24,000 nt of DNA, taken from positions 220,026 through 244,025 of the forward strand of contig NZ_OZ026884.1 of NCBI RefSeq assembly GCF_964023245.1, written 5' to 3'. The DNA comes from Candidatus Methylocalor cossyra (GTDB lineage: Bacteria > Pseudomonadota > Gammaproteobacteria > Methylococcales > Methylococcaceae). The position numbers were made by a program, and so were the translations under genes. This document shows positions 23,601-24,000 of the stretch, piece after piece (the stretch's first letter is position 1; the number at the start of each line of letters is the position of its first letter). The notes under the pieces were generated by a model. That model saw nothing but the letters and a program-made list of their open reading frames with translations. It did no database searches and was not told the DNA's origin.

Positions 23601-24000
23601 CGCACTGCTCGGGGTGGTGCTTGCGCAAGGATTCCGCCGTCTCCCGGATTTCGCGCTCGCCACTCAAGAAAACCAGGATGTCGCCGTTGGGTTGTTCCCG
23701 CCACAGTTCGTCCACGGCGTCCAGGATGGCCTGCTGCTCGGCGCGATCGGTCTCGTCGCCTTCTTCCGTTTCCACCGGCCGGTACCGGATCTCGACCGGA
23801 TAGGTGCGGCCGGTCACGTTGATGATGGGGGCTCCGCCGAAATGGCGGGAAAAGCTTTCCGGGTCGATGGTGGCGGAGGTGATGATGAGCTTGAGGTCTT
23901 CTCGCCGGGGCAGCAGCCATTTGAGATAGCCCAGCAGAAAATCGATGTTGAGACTGCGTTCGTGGGCCTCGTCGATGATCAGCGTGTCGTACTGGTCCAA
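20647..24000 (-). CDS. hrpA: ATP-dependent RNA helicase HrpA (DEAH-box), C-terminal 1117 aa; N-terminus lies off the window end
   Basis: The open frame reaches the window edge. The visible part starts at the DEAH box (LIIDEAHERSLNIDFLLGYLK), then SATID and the helicase C motifs (TNVAETSLTVPGI, QRAGRCGR). A long HrpA-specific C-terminal region follows. The leading M in the track is an artefact of the window edge. Confidence 0.93.
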   Translation of the reverse strand: MDQYDTLIIDEAHERSLNIDFLLGYLKWLLPRREDLKLIITSATIDPESFSRHFGGAPIINVTGRTYPVEIRYRPVETEEGDETDRAEQQAILDAVDELWREQPNGDILVFLSGEREIRETAESLRKHHPEQCEILPLYSRLSQREQERVFRPSGRRRIVLATNVAETSLTVPGIRAVIDTGYARISRYSHRSKLQRLPIEKISQASANQRAGRCGRVGPGIAIRLYSEQDFQSRAPFTPPEILRTNLAAVILQMHALRLGDIAAFPFLERPDERLIRDGLKTLQELQALDAQRRLTEIGRKLAKLPVDPRLGRMLLAGAEQHCLAEVAVIVAALSIPDPRERPADQAQKADQQHARFRDENSDFLALLKLWHEFQAQQQHLSKAKLRQYCRDHFLSYLRMLEWRDIHGQIMEVLKGEWALQPNQVPAEYGEIHRALLSGLLGNVAHKQDQNEYVGARGIKLLIHPGSFLFKSKPQWIVSAEQVETSKVYARTVAKIEPEWIEQVGAHLVNYQYYDPHWERKAARVAVHERSTLYGLVIQSGRRIPYARINPAGAREIFIRSALVRMEYDSKAPFFLHNLKLLEEADYLQHKGRRVDLLVDEEKLYRFFDEKIPPEVVDGLSFERWRRVAERHNPRLLMLSRADVTRGEDAALDEANFPDRLAIGPFTLALQYRFEPGHEDDGVTAIVPLHLLNQLDPEPFRWLVPGLMREKTIALIKALPKTWRIHFVPVPDYADRVLPMLDYRQGSLFAQLGAALKKTGGPSVPAAAFSEDGLPAHLRMNFAVVDEFGRVLDRSRDLEALKARHFAEAERNYRALAGQAFVRTGRRGWDFGELPEHFEGQHEGQPIYGFPAVVDEGETVGVRIFDSRDEAARHQERGLLRLCRLALAKDVKALKKDLRLGPQAELLYRQLPGHPFLHADLRPGRDLREDLVDRILAAAFLEGQGDLRNAAQFEGRLKARRSELLPTAEAVEKTAQLVLQLYGDVQTRLQSLVPGPVRNDLREQLELLIYAGFWITTPYARLREMPRYLRAVVHRLEKSLQDPARDLRLYQELVPFWQRYWNSVKAAKGKRVPEREEFRWHLEEFRVSLFAQQLKTPYPVSAKRLEEAWKRVGMAS

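Noticed and set aside
1-24000. Scan for CRISPR arrays, tandem repeats, IS elements, and toxin-antitoxin or defence-system gene pairs.
   Set aside because: I saw no regularly spaced repeats, no transposase-like or nuclease/defence-like ORFs and no terminal inverted repeats. Recognisable genes or short regulatory spacers fill the window.

Overview
This GC-rich window comes from a gammaproteobacterial (Methylococcaceae-type) methanotroph. The minus strand from 1 to about 8774 carries a complete soluble methane monooxygenase (sMMO) cluster: a sigma54 promoter, then mmoX, mmoY, mmoB, mmoZ, mmoD, mmoC, a small unnamed ORF, mmoG (GroEL-like) and mmoR (sigma54 activator, which runs off the window start). 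From memory, the proteins are close to but clearly distinct from those of Methylococcus capsulatus Bath. sMMO itself is a well-described system and I do not claim it as new. The rest of the window looks like ordinary chromosome:
- a YebE/DUF533 TerB-like membrane protein
- a DUF937-like membrane protein
- a BON-LysM Kbp/YgaU homolog
- aquaporin Z
- an AraC-family regulator
- Rep helicase
- tRNA-Arg(CCG)
- a VanZ-like protein
- a YddA/ABCD-type fused ABC transporter
- a 79-aa hypothetical protein
- a secreted phytase-like protein
- HrpA helicase, whose N-terminus lies off the window end

I saw no CRISPR array, transposase, integrase or phage genes.

The most interesting unexplained items are:
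1. A 107-aa leucine-zipper-like ORF sits in the groES slot and overlaps the mmoG start by ATGA.
2. The MmoR sensor domain has a Cys cluster, and no mmoQ/mmoS lie between mmoG and mmoR.
3. MmoC carries a Cys/His-rich C-terminal tail.
4. Strong GC stem-loops partition the operon.
5. Every catalytic motif of the ABC transporter nucleotide-binding domain is substituted.
6. The phytase-like protein ends in a PEP-CTERM-like tail.

All homology calls rest on motif and sequence recognition by eye, and no database search was run. The ORF track translates GTG and TTG starts as M, so I re-derived starts from the DNA.
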